Below, one piece after another: positions 20,644-30,252 of a stretch of DNA of 64,000 nucleotides (its first letter is position 1; every line of letters begins with the position of its first letter). The notes under the pieces were generated by a model. That model saw only the letters and a list, made by a program, of their open reading frames with translations, made no database searches and was not told where the DNA came from. The position numbers were made by a program, and so were the translations under genes. This stretch comes from an uncultured Erysipelotrichaceae bacterium (GTDB lineage Bacteria > Bacillota_I > Bacilli_A > RF39 > UBA660), in the NCBI GenBank assembly GCA_902798815.1, contig CADBYH010000002.1, positions 23,998 through 87,997 of the forward strand. Reading direction: 5' to 3'.

Positions 20644-20820
20644 TCACAAAACAAAAAACTTAAAGAAAACTAAACCACATAATCCAAAAGGTCCTAAAAA
20701 AGATAATATAATAACATTAAAATAATTAATAGGTAAAACCATGTTAAAATTAACAGCTATATAATTATATCCATATAATACAAAACAACCAACCATTATT
20801 TTTTTTATAATTTTTTTCAT
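20644..20820 (-). CDS. bofA: BofA-like small membrane protein (58 aa, below ORF-track cutoff)
   Basis: Hand translation gives MKKIIKKIMVGCFVLYGYNYIAVNFNMVLPINYFNVIILSFLGPFGLCGLVFFKFFVL. TGAGGT RBS. Position just after recR matches B. subtilis bofA, and the PIN...G..G motif resembles the BofA C-terminal half. Confidence 0.55.
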   Translation of the reverse strand: MKKIIKKIMVGCFVLYGYNYIAVNFNMVLPINYFNVIILSFLGPFGLCGLVFFKFFVL

Positions 20821-20858
20821 ATTAATACCTCAATAACTAATATGCTATCAAAAAACAA

Positions 20859-21455
20859 TTATGAAACTTCTTTTCTATCATTAATTGCTCTTTCTAAAGT
20901 TAAACTATCTACATACTCCATATCAGCACCTATTGGTAAACCACTAGCAAGTCTAGTAAATCTAATATTTAAACCATCAAGTACTCTTTTTATATAAAGA
21001 GAAGTTGTCTCACCCTCAATACTAGGTTTAAATGCAAAAATTATTTCCTCATAATTTTCGTCCTTGATTCTATCAACAAGTTTATTAATTCCAATATCCT
21101 CTGGATTAATACCATCCAATGGAGATATTAAACCATCAAGAACATGATATTTTCCATTAAACATACCAAGTTTTTCAAATAAAAAAACACTTTTAACATC
21201 TTCTACAACACACAGTATTTTATTATTTCTAAAGGAATCAGTACAAATTGAACATAAATCATTTTCTGTAAGTACATTACACCTTTTACATTTATGTATC
21301 TTACTTTTAACATCTTGTAAACTATCTTTAAATAATTCAACTTGATCATCATCTAAATCAAAAATAGAAAAAGCAAATCTTTCTGCAGTTTTTTCACCAA
21401 TTCCAGGCAAATATTTAAAAGTTTCAATTAATCTTTTTAAACTTTCAGGATACAT
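20859..21455 (-). CDS. recR: Recombination protein RecR
   Basis: HhH LPGIGEKTAER, C4 zinc finger CKRCN...CSIC, Toprim domain. Confidence 0.97.
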   Translation of the reverse strand: MYPESLKRLIETFKYLPGIGEKTAERFAFSIFDLDDDQVELFKDSLQDVKSKIHKCKRCNVLTENDLCSICTDSFRNNKILCVVEDVKSVFLFEKLGMFNGKYHVLDGLISPLDGINPEDIGINKLVDRIKDENYEEIIFAFKPSIEGETTSLYIKRVLDGLNIRFTRLASGLPIGADMEYVDSLTLERAINDRKEVS

Positions 21456-21460
21456 AATAA

Positions 21461-21757
21461 TTAAAATAACCCTGGTATATTACCAAATTTTCCCATTTTA
21501 GATTCTGTTGTTTTATCAATCTTCTTATTTGCCTCATTAATAGCAACAACAATCATGTCTTCTAACACTTCAATATCATCTTTATCTAGTCCATTTTCCG
21601 CATTAATTTCAACTTTAACAAGTTCCTTATCACCTTTCATAGTTACTTTAACTAAAGAACTTTCTCCAACAAATTCTGTTTTATCTATTTCTTCTTTTGC
21701 TTTTAGCATATCTTTTTGTAAAGCTTGAGCTTGCTTTAACATAGCTTGCATATTCAT
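21461..21757 (-). CDS. ybaB: Nucleoid-associated protein YbaB/EbfC
   Basis: MLKQAQALQKDM... GNIPGLF ending, between dnaX and recR. Confidence 0.95.
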   Translation of the reverse strand: MNMQAMLKQAQALQKDMLKAKEEIDKTEFVGESSLVKVTMKGDKELVKVEINAENGLDKDDIEVLEDMIVVAINEANKKIDKTTESKMGKFGNIPGLF

Positions 21758-21768
21758 AAAAAATCCTC

Positions 21769-23424
21769 CTATTCAAATTCAACGATATCTTCTCCAAACA
21801 AATCTATCGCACTACTAACTATTATATCATCATTCTTGACATCTTCAAATAAAACTTCTGGTTCTTCTAACACTTCATATGTCTTTTTATTCTTTAACAT
21901 ATCAATATATTCATTTTTAATACTATTCCACTTAGCATCAGAAACTATAACTATATTTTTATTAGATTTAGTTATTTTATTATATAATTCTGTTATTAAC
22001 ATTATGTTAATATTATTTTCTTCTACAATTGCATCAGAAGAATAACTTATAATAATATTATCAACACTACAAGCACGTAATTTAGAATCCAAAATATTAT
22101 TAACAATAGCCCCTACTTCTTGATCAAAAGAAAAATCTTTTAAAATCTCAAATAATTGCTTCTCATTTTGTAATATTTTTTTATCAGCTTTTGCCATAGT
22201 ATTATTTATTCTTACTTCATTTATTTCTTCTAAATTAATAATTCGTTTAAATTTATTTTCATTTTTTATTTCTTCTGAAAATTCACCACTATTTTTTTCA
22301 TGTAAGTCGTTTTTGTTTAAATTAGTATCTTTTTCAACAACAATATTATTTTCATCATATAAATTATCAACATCTTTTTTTATTATAAGATTATGATCAT
22401 TAATAAATTTTAATATTAATATTTCTAAGAAAATTTTTACATCTCCACTCTTCTTAATCTCATACATTTTTTCATTAATTAAATTAACAAACTCTTGTAA
22501 TAGATCAATAGAAATAGAAACAGATTTATCATTTAAATAATAATCCACAATAATATTTCTAGAAACATTTATCAATTGTATTAAAATTTGTACAAGGTTT
22601 TTACCAGAATTATTATAGTTATTTAATTCATTAATAATATATGTAACATTACCATTTATAATGTTTTTAATAAATAAAAATAAATCATCATCTGATACAA
22701 CCCCATTTATATCATTAAAATCATCAATAGTAACTTTATCATTACTATATGAAATTACTTTATCAAGCATTCCTAAAGCATCTCTTAATCCACCTTCAGA
22801 AAGAAGAGAAATTTTTTTCAACACATCATCATCAATATCTATATTTTCATTTTTACATATTTCAGACAATCTTAAAAAAATAACATCATCAGATATTCTC
22901 TTAAACGAAAAACATTGACACCTAGAAACAATCGTTTCAGGAACTTTTTGGGGATCAGTAGTTGCTAATATAAATATCACATGCTCAGGTGGCTCTTCTA
23001 ATGTTTTTAATAAAGCATTAAAAGCACCAGTAGATAACATATGAACTTCATCAATAATATAAACCTTATATTTCAATTCTGAAGGTACAAGATTAATATT
23101 ATTCTTTAATTCACGTATTTCATCAACACCATTGTTTGAAGCTGCATCAATTTCAATAATATCCATGCAATCATATGAAAAAGACACTTTACATGAAGAA
23201 CACTTTCCACAAGCAATACCATCATTATTATCTAAACAATTTACATTTCTCGCAAATATTTTAGATACAGTTGTCTTACCAGTTCCTCTCGGTCCATAAA
23301 ACAAATAAGCGTGAGAAAAAGTATTATTCTTAATTGAATTTTGTAATGTTTTAATTATAGGATTTTGTCCAACAACAGAATCAAAATCTTTAGGTCTATA
23401 TTTACGATATAATGCTTGATACAT
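21769..23424 (-). CDS. dnaX: DNA polymerase III subunit tau/gamma
   Basis: MYQALYRKYRP start (GGAGGTG RBS), GPRGTGKTT, zinc module CGKCSSC, SRCQ motif. Confidence 0.97.
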   Translation of the reverse strand: MYQALYRKYRPKDFDSVVGQNPIIKTLQNSIKNNTFSHAYLFYGPRGTGKTTVSKIFARNVNCLDNNDGIACGKCSSCKVSFSYDCMDIIEIDAASNNGVDEIRELKNNINLVPSELKYKVYIIDEVHMLSTGAFNALLKTLEEPPEHVIFILATTDPQKVPETIVSRCQCFSFKRISDDVIFLRLSEICKNENIDIDDDVLKKISLLSEGGLRDALGMLDKVISYSNDKVTIDDFNDINGVVSDDDLFLFIKNIINGNVTYIINELNNYNNSGKNLVQILIQLINVSRNIIVDYYLNDKSVSISIDLLQEFVNLINEKMYEIKKSGDVKIFLEILILKFINDHNLIIKKDVDNLYDENNIVVEKDTNLNKNDLHEKNSGEFSEEIKNENKFKRIINLEEINEVRINNTMAKADKKILQNEKQLFEILKDFSFDQEVGAIVNNILDSKLRACSVDNIIISYSSDAIVEENNINIMLITELYNKITKSNKNIVIVSDAKWNSIKNEYIDMLKNKKTYEVLEEPEVLFEDVKNDDIIVSSAIDLFGEDIVEFE

Positions 23425-23462
23425 AATACACCTCCACAATTAAATATATTATAACATATATA

Positions 23463-23915
23463 TTATTTATTGTTCCTTTGTTTATCAAAAAAACTATTCA
23501 AAATACTTTTAGATTTATTCACATATAAATTAGATAAAAATTCAACACCAGGATTTGAATTATCTTTTAAAAAAATCATTTCAATAATTTTTAAATTATT
23601 AGGATCAGTATTATTTAATGCAGAATAAACATTTTTAATTCTTGCTTGTTTAATAGCACTTGCACACATAGGACAAGGATCCAAAGTTAAATACATATCA
23701 CAATCTTCTAATCTCCAGTTATTTAAATAACTAGAAGCTTCTTTTATTGCTATTATTTCCGCATGATATATACAACAATTATTAGTTTCTTTTAAATTAT
23801 GCCCAGTTGCTATAACTTTATCATTTTTTACAATAACACAACCAATTGGAACTTCATTATTATCATACGCTTTTTTTGCTTCAGTAAAAGCTAACTCAAA
23901 ATATTTATTATCCAT
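23463..23915 (-). CDS. tadA: tRNA-specific adenosine deaminase
   Basis: HAEIIAI and PCPMC zinc motifs. The true start MDNKYFELAF at 23915 has a GGAGGA RBS. The upstream ORF extension covers the SRP RNA. Confidence 0.93.
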   Translation of the reverse strand: MDNKYFELAFTEAKKAYDNNEVPIGCVIVKNDKVIATGHNLKETNNCCIYHAEIIAIKEASSYLNNWRLEDCDMYLTLDPCPMCASAIKQARIKNVYSALNNTDPNNLKIIEMIFLKDNSNPGVEFLSNLYVNKSKSILNSFFDKQRNNK

Positions 23916-23934
23916 ATGTATCCTCCAAAATAAA

Positions 23935-24010
23935 AAGTGCACATGAAAGGAGGATTTTAAGGCTGCTATCTTCCGATCCTGACCTGTTTCAATCACTTTC
24001 ATTGCACGTG
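23935..24010 (-). ncRNA. ffs: Signal recognition particle RNA, minimal (4.5S-like) form
   Basis: The minus strand reads GTGCAATGAAAGTGATTGAAACAGGTCAGGATCGGAAGATAGCAGCCTTAAAATCCTCCTTTCATGTGCAC. It contains the conserved domain IV GGUCAGG-AUC-GGAA-GAU-AGCAGCC. The termini pair (GUGCA/AUGAAAG with CUUUCAU/UGCAC), and the helix is followed by TTTTTATTTT. Confidence 0.85.
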
Positions 24011-24013
24011 ATT

Positions 24014-24042
24014 ATTGTAATATATAATAATAGAATTGTAAA
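24014..24042 (-). promoter_or_regulatory. Sigma-A-type promoter for SRP RNA (and probably tadA-dnaX)
   Basis: The minus strand reads TTTACA, a 17-bp spacer, then TACAAT. The RNA 5' helix starts about 6-8 nt downstream. Confidence 0.6.
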
Positions 24043-24074
24043 TATTTATTTTTATTTTATAATAATTTATTCTA

Positions 24075-24090
24075 TGTTTCACGTGAAACA
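24075..24090. promoter_or_regulatory. parS: parS site (ParB/Spo0J loading site), perfect palindrome
   Basis: TGTTTCACGTGAAACA matches the Firmicute parS consensus TGTTNCACGTGAAACA at 16/16 positions. Confidence 0.85.
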
Positions 24091-24097
24091 TTAATAA

Positions 24098-24113
24098 TAT
24101 TTATTGGGAAATA
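24098..24113. promoter_or_regulatory. Degenerate Noc-binding-site-like element
   Basis: TATTTATTGGGAAATA matches the adjacent perfect NBS palindrome at 13/16 positions. The right half-site GGGAAATA is intact. Confidence 0.4.
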
Positions 24114-24123
24114 ATTTTAAAAA

Positions 24124-24139
24124 TATTTCCCGGGAAATA
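24124..24139. promoter_or_regulatory. Noc-binding site (NBS), perfect palindrome
   Basis: TATTTCCCGGGAAATA contains the 14-bp B. subtilis NBS consensus ATTTCCCGGGAAAT. Confidence 0.8.
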
Positions 24140-24150
24140 AAATAAGTGAA

Positions 24151-24166
24151 TGTTTCACGTGAAACA
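24151..24166. promoter_or_regulatory. parS: parS site, second perfect copy
   Basis: TGTTTCACGTGAAACA lies inside a 24-bp direct repeat that is identical to the sequence around the first site. Confidence 0.85.
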
Positions 24167-24171
24167 TTAAT

Positions 24172-24208
24172 AACAAAAAAAGATCTTATTCTTCAATAAG
24201 ATCTTTTT
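24172..24208 (-). terminator. Rho-independent terminator of gyrA
   Basis: The minus strand reads AGATCTTATT-GAAG-AATAAGATCT followed by TTTTTTTG. The gyrA stop codon lies inside the hairpin. Confidence 0.75.
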
Positions 24209-26636
24209 CTTCATCATTACTATCATCTTTTTCCACAAGAGCAACAGTAGAAACTTTTTGATCATTTTTTAAATTCATAAGTCTTATACCTTGAGTTGCC
24301 CTTTTTAAAGTAGAGACCTGTTCTAACGGAAGTTTAATAATAGTACCAGTATCAGTCATAATAATTAAATCCAAATCATCAGAAGGATTAAAACATTTCA
24401 AAGAAACCATAATACCATTCTTTTCGGTTAAATTATATGCCTTAACACCTTTACTACCTCTATGAGTTAATCTATACTCATCAATCAAAGATTTCTTTCC
24501 ATAACCATTTTCAGTAGTAATTAAAACCATATGATTTGATTCAACTGCATCTGCACCAACAACGATAGCACCATCTAATTCAATTCCTTTTACACCAGAA
24601 CTACTTCTACCCATAGATCTAATTTCATTTTCATCAAACCTGACCATTCTACCATTGCTTGCACCAATAACAATTTCATTTTTTCCACAAGTCTTTTTTA
24701 CCGCAATCAATTCGTCATTATCACGTAATACGATAGCTATTTTTCCACCTTTTCTAATATTATCAAACTCATCAATAGGTGTACGTTTTACTATTCCGTT
24801 TTTAGTGCAGAACATCAAATATTTAGTTGTATCATCATTTGGATTAACACTTAATATCGAACTAATGTTCTCATTCTTCTCCAAAGGTAATAAATTAATA
24901 ATTGGTATACCTTTTGACTGTCTTGAAAATTCAGGAACTTCATATCCTTTCATTCTATACACTCTACCTCTATTAGAGAAGAATAATAAATAATCATGTG
25001 TACTCATAGATAAAATTCTTTCCACAAAGTCATCTTCGTTAGTTGTCATACCTTTGATACCTACTCCTCCTCTATTTTGAGTTTTATATGTATCAATTCT
25101 AAGTCTTTTAATATATCCTTTTTTAGTTAAATTGATAATAATATTTTCTTCAGGAATTAAAGATTCATCTTCAATATATTCAATTGCTGTCATATCAATA
25201 TTTGTTCTTCTTTCATCACCATATTTTTGTTTAATTTCTAACAATTCATTTTTAATTACTTCTAGAACACGTGCATCACTTGCTAAAATACTCTTTAATT
25301 CTTCAATTAATTTTAATAAATCCACAAGTTCATTTTCAATTTTTTCTCTTTCTAATCCAGTTAAACGACGTAACCTCATCTCTAAAATTGCATTTGCTTG
25401 AATCTCAGTTAATTTAAAACCATTCATCAAACCTTGTCTAGCTTCTTCATCAGATTTTGAACCTCTAATAACTTTAATAACAGCATCAATATTATCCAAC
25501 GCAATCTTTAAACCTTCTAATATATGAACTCTTTTCTCGGCAACATCCAAATCAAATTTAGTTCTTCTTATAATTACTTCTTTTTGATAATCAATATATT
25601 TAGAAATAATATCCTTTAACCCAAGCGTTTTTGGAACTCCTTGATCTAGCATCAAGAAAATTATTCCATAAGAAGTTTGAAATTGAGTATGTTTATATAA
25701 TTTATTTAATACTACTTGAGCATTTGCATCTTTTTTTAATGTTATAGTAATTTTTATTCCATTTTTTAAATCAGAATGATAATCAGCAATACCATCAATA
25801 ACTTTATTATGAACAAGTTCAGCAACTTTATTTTTTAACTCTAATGTATTAACTCCATAAGGAACCTCATCAATAATAATATACTGTTTACCATTTGATT
25901 CTTCTATTGTTGCTTTACTTCTAATTGTAATAGTTCCTCTTCCTGTTTCATATGCCTTTCTTATACCACTATTTCCAAGTATAGAAGCTCCAGTAGGAAA
26001 ATCAGGTCCTTTTATATATTTCATCAATTCATCTAGTTCAATATCATGATTATCAATATAGGCAACACATCCATCAATTACCTCACTCAAATTATGTGGA
26101 GGAATATTAGTAGCCATTCCAACAGCAATTCCTGTTGTACCATTTACTAATATATTTGGAAATCTTGATGGTAAAACCTCAGGTTCTCTTTCACTTTCAT
26201 CAAAGTTAGGAATAAAATTAACAGTATCTTTATTAATATTTCTTAATAATTCTAAAGAAATCTTTGATAAACGAGACTCTGTATAACGCATTGCTGCTGC
26301 TCCATATCCTTCTATATTACCAAAGTTACCATGACCATCAACTAACATATATCTATATGAAAAATCTTGTGCCATACGAACCATAGCCTCATAAATTGAA
26401 GAATCACCATGAGGATGATATTTTCCCATTACATCTCCAACAATTCTAGCACTTTTTTTATGTGGTTTATCTGGAGTATAACCAGATTCAAACATTGAAT
26501 ATAAAATACGTCTATGAACAGGTTTTAAACCGTCTCTCAAATCAGGTAAAGCACGAGCAACAATAACACTCATAGAGTATTCAAGAAATGAATCTTCTAC
26601 TTCTTTAACTATATTATTTTTTTCTAATCTATCCAT
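24186..26636 (-). CDS. gyrA: DNA gyrase subunit A
   Basis: 816 aa, [14 protein letters not shown] motif, active-site AAMRYTE, C-terminal beta-pinwheel repeats. Confidence 0.98.
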   Translation of the reverse strand: MDRLEKNNIVKEVEDSFLEYSMSVIVARALPDLRDGLKPVHRRILYSMFESGYTPDKPHKKSARIVGDVMGKYHPHGDSSIYEAMVRMAQDFSYRYMLVDGHGNFGNIEGYGAAAMRYTESRLSKISLELLRNINKDTVNFIPNFDESEREPEVLPSRFPNILVNGTTGIAVGMATNIPPHNLSEVIDGCVAYIDNHDIELDELMKYIKGPDFPTGASILGNSGIRKAYETGRGTITIRSKATIEESNGKQYIIIDEVPYGVNTLELKNKVAELVHNKVIDGIADYHSDLKNGIKITITLKKDANAQVVLNKLYKHTQFQTSYGIIFLMLDQGVPKTLGLKDIISKYIDYQKEVIIRRTKFDLDVAEKRVHILEGLKIALDNIDAVIKVIRGSKSDEEARQGLMNGFKLTEIQANAILEMRLRRLTGLEREKIENELVDLLKLIEELKSILASDARVLEVIKNELLEIKQKYGDERRTNIDMTAIEYIEDESLIPEENIIINLTKKGYIKRLRIDTYKTQNRGGVGIKGMTTNEDDFVERILSMSTHDYLLFFSNRGRVYRMKGYEVPEFSRQSKGIPIINLLPLEKNENISSILSVNPNDDTTKYLMFCTKNGIVKRTPIDEFDNIRKGGKIAIVLRDNDELIAVKKTCGKNEIVIGASNGRMVRFDENEIRSMGRSSSGVKGIELDGAIVVGADAVESNHMVLITTENGYGKKSLIDEYRLTHRGSKGVKAYNLTEKNGIMVSLKCFNPSDDLDLIIMTDTGTIIKLPLEQVSTLKRATQGIRLMNLKNDQKVSTVALVEKDDSNDEEKDLIEE

Positions 26637-26645
26637 AAAACCCTC

Positions 26646-28577
26646 CTAAACATCAAGATTTTCTACATAAGTAGCATTTGTCTCTATAAATTCTCTTCTA
26701 GGTTCTACTTCCTCACCCATAAGTTTAGAGAAAACCTCATCAGCAGAAATAGTATCTTCAACTGTAATTTGTCTTAATACTCTCTTATTAATATCCATTG
26801 TAGTCTCATTTAACTCTTCTGCATCCATTTCACCTAAACCTTTCATTCTAGAAATATCATACTTAGTATTAGGTGATAAAGTAGCTAAATATTCGTCTCT
26901 TTCTTCTTCATTTAAAACATATTTTATCGTTTTACCATGTTTTATACAAAATAAAGGCGGTTGAGCAGCATAAACATGTCCAGCTTCAACAATTGGTCTA
27001 AAAAATCTATAAAATAATGTTAACAATAAAACTCTAATATGACTACCATCAACATCAGCATCAGTCATAATAATAATTTTATGATATCTAAGTTTTGATA
27101 AATCAAAATCTTCTCCTATGCCAGTTCCAAAAGCAGTTATAATAGTTCTTATTTCCTCATTTCCTAATGCTCTATCTAATCTTGCTTTTTCAACATTTAA
27201 AATCTTTCCACGTAAAGGTAAAATTGCTTGAGTCATAGAATCTCTACCTTTTATTGCAGATCCACCAGCTGAATCACCCTCGACTAAAAAGATTTCAGAT
27301 ATTGTTGCATCTTTACTTTTACAATCAGATAACTTACCATAAAAATTAGTTACATCTAAATCTCCTTTTCTACGAGTTAATTCTCTTGCCTTCTTTGCAG
27401 CAACACGTGCCCTACTAGCTGTCATTGATTTATCCACAATAACTCTTGCTTGATCAGGATTTTCCATTAAAAATCTTTCGAATGACTCAGAAAAAATTTT
27501 ATCCGCAACACCTCTAACTTCACTATTTCCAAGTTTTGTCTTTGTTTGTCCTTCAAATTGTGGATTAGGATGTTTAATAGATATTATCATAGTAATACCT
27601 TCTCTTACATCATCTCCAGTAAGCGGATCATCTTTTTCCTTTAAAATTCCATTACTTTGAGCATATCTATTAAGAATTCTTGTAAGAGCTCTTCTAACAC
27701 CATCTTCATGTGTTCCACCTTCAGGAGTAGTAATGTTATTAACAAAAGAATAAATACTTGAATTATAGGTTTCATTATATTGTAAAGCAACCTCTACTTT
27801 TATATCTTTATCTTCTCCTTCAACATCAACAATTGTTTCATGAATAGGATTTTTATTTTTATTTAACATTTGGACATACTCAACAAGTCCACCTTCATAA
27901 CAAAAAGAATCTTTTTTATCAGCTTCCCTATCATCATATAAAGTTATTCTTAAACCTTTATTTAAAAAAGCTAATTCTTTAAGACGAGTTTTTAAAATAT
28001 CATAATCATAAATTGTTGTCTCAGTAAAAATATCATCATCCGGTAAAAAGTGAACAGTTGTTCCAGTTCTATCCTTATCACATTTATCTACAATTTTTAA
28101 TTCTTCTTCTGGATGACCACCATTACTATAACGTTGATAATAAACATTTCCATCACGATAAACTTTTACCTCTAACCAATCAGAAAGAGCATTTACTACA
28201 CTTGCTCCAACACCATGAAGACCACCAGACACCTTGTATCCTCCGCCTCCAAATTTTCCTCCAGCATGTAACACAGTATATACAGTTTCTACAGTACTTT
28301 TTCCTGTTTTTGGATGAATATCAACAGGTATTCCACGTCCATCATCTTTTACAATAATACTATTATCCTTACATATTGTAACTTCTATATGAGAACAATA
28401 ACCAGCAAGAGCCTCATCAATAGCATTATCAACAATTTCCCATACTAAATGATGTAATCCCCTAGAACTAGTTGTACCTATATACATACCAGGTCTTTTT
28501 CTTACTGCTTCTAATCCCTCTAATACTTGTATTGCCGAAGAATCATACTCTTTTAATTCATTTTCTTGCATTTTCAT
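26646..28577 (-). CDS. gyrB: DNA gyrase subunit B
   Basis: [23 protein letters not shown] and PLRGKILNV motifs. Confidence 0.98.
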   Translation of the reverse strand: MKMQENELKEYDSSAIQVLEGLEAVRKRPGMYIGTTSSRGLHHLVWEIVDNAIDEALAGYCSHIEVTICKDNSIIVKDDGRGIPVDIHPKTGKSTVETVYTVLHAGGKFGGGGYKVSGGLHGVGASVVNALSDWLEVKVYRDGNVYYQRYSNGGHPEEELKIVDKCDKDRTGTTVHFLPDDDIFTETTIYDYDILKTRLKELAFLNKGLRITLYDDREADKKDSFCYEGGLVEYVQMLNKNKNPIHETIVDVEGEDKDIKVEVALQYNETYNSSIYSFVNNITTPEGGTHEDGVRRALTRILNRYAQSNGILKEKDDPLTGDDVREGITMIISIKHPNPQFEGQTKTKLGNSEVRGVADKIFSESFERFLMENPDQARVIVDKSMTASRARVAAKKARELTRRKGDLDVTNFYGKLSDCKSKDATISEIFLVEGDSAGGSAIKGRDSMTQAILPLRGKILNVEKARLDRALGNEEIRTIITAFGTGIGEDFDLSKLRYHKIIIMTDADVDGSHIRVLLLTLFYRFFRPIVEAGHVYAAQPPLFCIKHGKTIKYVLNEEERDEYLATLSPNTKYDISRMKGLGEMDAEELNETTMDINKRVLRQITVEDTISADEVFSKLMGEEVEPRREFIETNATYVENLDV

Positions 28578-28580
28578 TAC

Positions 28581-29693
28581 CTACTTTCTCTCAACACTGC
28601 CATTTTTAACATTAAAAATAGTAGCATTTTCAATATGTTTTTTATTAATATTTCTTAAATCTGTTGTAGTAATAATACTTTGAACACCATCAATACTAAT
28701 TATTTTTAACAATTTATTTCTCTTTTTTATATCTAATTCACTAAAAATATCATCAAGTAATAAAACAGGATAATTACCAGTAATATCATAAAAAATAGGA
28801 ATTTCTGATAATTTAAATGAAAAAACTGCTAATCTTTGTTGCCCTTGAGATCCAAAATATTTTAAATCATTATTTTTAAATTCAAAATTAAAATCATCTC
28901 TATGAGGACCATATATAGTCATTCCATAATTAAGTTCTTTTTTCAGATTTTTTTTCAATAAATGTTTTAATTTTTTTCTTATCTCTTCAGAATCATAATT
29001 TTCAATACCAATATTATTTATATATTTAACAAAAATATCATCATCATTAGAAATCATCTTAAAATATTTATTAATATTAATATTAATTAAATCCAAGTAT
29101 TCTTTTCTTTTCTGATAAATAAAAATCGCTTTTTCAATTAATTTATCAGTCAAAATATCTAAATAATTCATATCAGCAATATTATTATTATAAAGAATTT
29201 TTAAGTATTCATTTCTTGTTTTAAGTATTTTATTATATTCATTATAAATTTTTAAGTATTCACCAGATAATTGAGATAATTGAATATTTAATAAATTTCT
29301 TCTAATACTAGGAGATCCTTTAACAATATCTAAATCATCTGGAGTAAAAACAATAACATTTAAATTAGAAATATAATCTGCATTCTTTTTTATAATTGTG
29401 TTATTAACAATTAATTTTTTTCCAACATCATCAATATGAACTTTTAATTTAGTGATAATTCCATCTTTTTTTATACTTCCTTCAATCTTACAAATTTTTT
29501 TATTAAACATAATAATATTAGGACTAACACCAACTCTATGAGATTTTGTTAAAGCTAATATCGTGATTGCTTCAAGAATATTAGTTTTACCTTGAGCATT
29601 ATCTCCAATAAAAACATTCATACCTTTTTCTAAAAAAATTGAAATTTTTGAATAATTTCTAAAATTAAATAAATTTATTTTTGTAATATTCAT
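28581..29693 (-). CDS. recF: DNA replication and repair protein RecF
   Basis: Walker A GDNAQGKTN, signature SQGQQR, LLLDDIFSELD. Confidence 0.96.
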   Translation of the reverse strand: MNITKINLFNFRNYSKISIFLEKGMNVFIGDNAQGKTNILEAITILALTKSHRVGVSPNIIMFNKKICKIEGSIKKDGIITKLKVHIDDVGKKLIVNNTIIKKNADYISNLNVIVFTPDDLDIVKGSPSIRRNLLNIQLSQLSGEYLKIYNEYNKILKTRNEYLKILYNNNIADMNYLDILTDKLIEKAIFIYQKRKEYLDLINININKYFKMISNDDDIFVKYINNIGIENYDSEEIRKKLKHLLKKNLKKELNYGMTIYGPHRDDFNFEFKNNDLKYFGSQGQQRLAVFSFKLSEIPIFYDITGNYPVLLLDDIFSELDIKKRNKLLKIISIDGVQSIITTTDLRNINKKHIENATIFNVKNGSVERK

Positions 29694-29805
29694 TTAAAAC
29701 TATCAAAAAGACTCATATAATCACCTACACCCTATTATGGTATTCCTATACATACATTAATATTATACCATAATTCAGTCTTAAAAGCATAAAAAAATAG
29801 TTAAT

Positions 29806-30252
29806 TTAACTATTTTTTCTATTTCTAAGTATTAAATCTAATCTAGAAGCTCTAGCTAATTGATTTTCCAAACTTCTAAATGAACAAGGAACTATTATTT
29901 CCTTATTATTATCAAATACAATTTTACTATTACATGCATCAATTTTATAAATATTACTAATTCTTTTAAGTGATATCCATACACAATCATCAGCATATGG
30001 AGAAGTAGTAGGAAAAACAATTAAATTTTCTGTATCTTCTACAACAATAGGAACTTTGTATTCTGCTCCTAAAATACTCTTAGATCCCTCTTTTCTTCCC
30101 TCATAAGAACTACCAAAATATTTACAACTCTCATCCATAATATTAAATGGTTTTTCATTAATAATATACCTTTCATCATCCTCATAAATTAAACTACTAC
30201 TTTCATCATTTGGAACAATAGCCAATGTTCCTTTACTAAATTCATATTTCAT
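29806..30252 (-). CDS. comK: ComK-family competence transcription factor
   Basis: KPFNIMDESCKYFGSSYEGRKEGSK...VFPTTSP...CVWIS...PCSFRSLENQLARASRL aligns with B. subtilis ComK as I recall it. The start MKYEFSK at 30252 has an AGGGGGA RBS. Confidence 0.85.
   Translation of the reverse strand: MKYEFSKGTLAIVPNDESSSLIYEDDERYIINEKPFNIMDESCKYFGSSYEGRKEGSKSILGAEYKVPIVVEDTENLIVFPTTSPYADDCVWISLKRISNIYKIDACNSKIVFDNNKEIIVPCSFRSLENQLARASRLDLILRNRKNS

Noticed and set aside
23916-24002. N-terminal 29-aa extension of the tadA ORF
   Set aside because: The stretch is the SRP RNA gene. The real tadA start at 23915 has a GGAGGA RBS and aligns with TadA N-termini.
24074-24173. The 24-bp direct repeats and palindromes considered as a mini-CRISPR array or as gyrA terminators
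   Set aside because: There are only two repeat copies, and the 'spacer' is itself palindromic. gyrA already has its own hairpin plus T-run at 24172-24208, and the palindromes lack T tracts. Their exact identity to the parS and NBS consensus sequences explains them better.
24229-24690. TTTTCCACA matches inside gyrA (24229-37, 24682-90), TGTGGAAAA in mnmG (38820-28) and a parS half-site GTGAAACA in holB (20560-67)
   Set aside because: These are isolated 8/9 or half-site matches in coding sequence. Such strings (for example Cys-Gly-Lys or Val-Glu-Lys codons) are expected by chance in this AT-rich genome, and no partner site or cluster is present.
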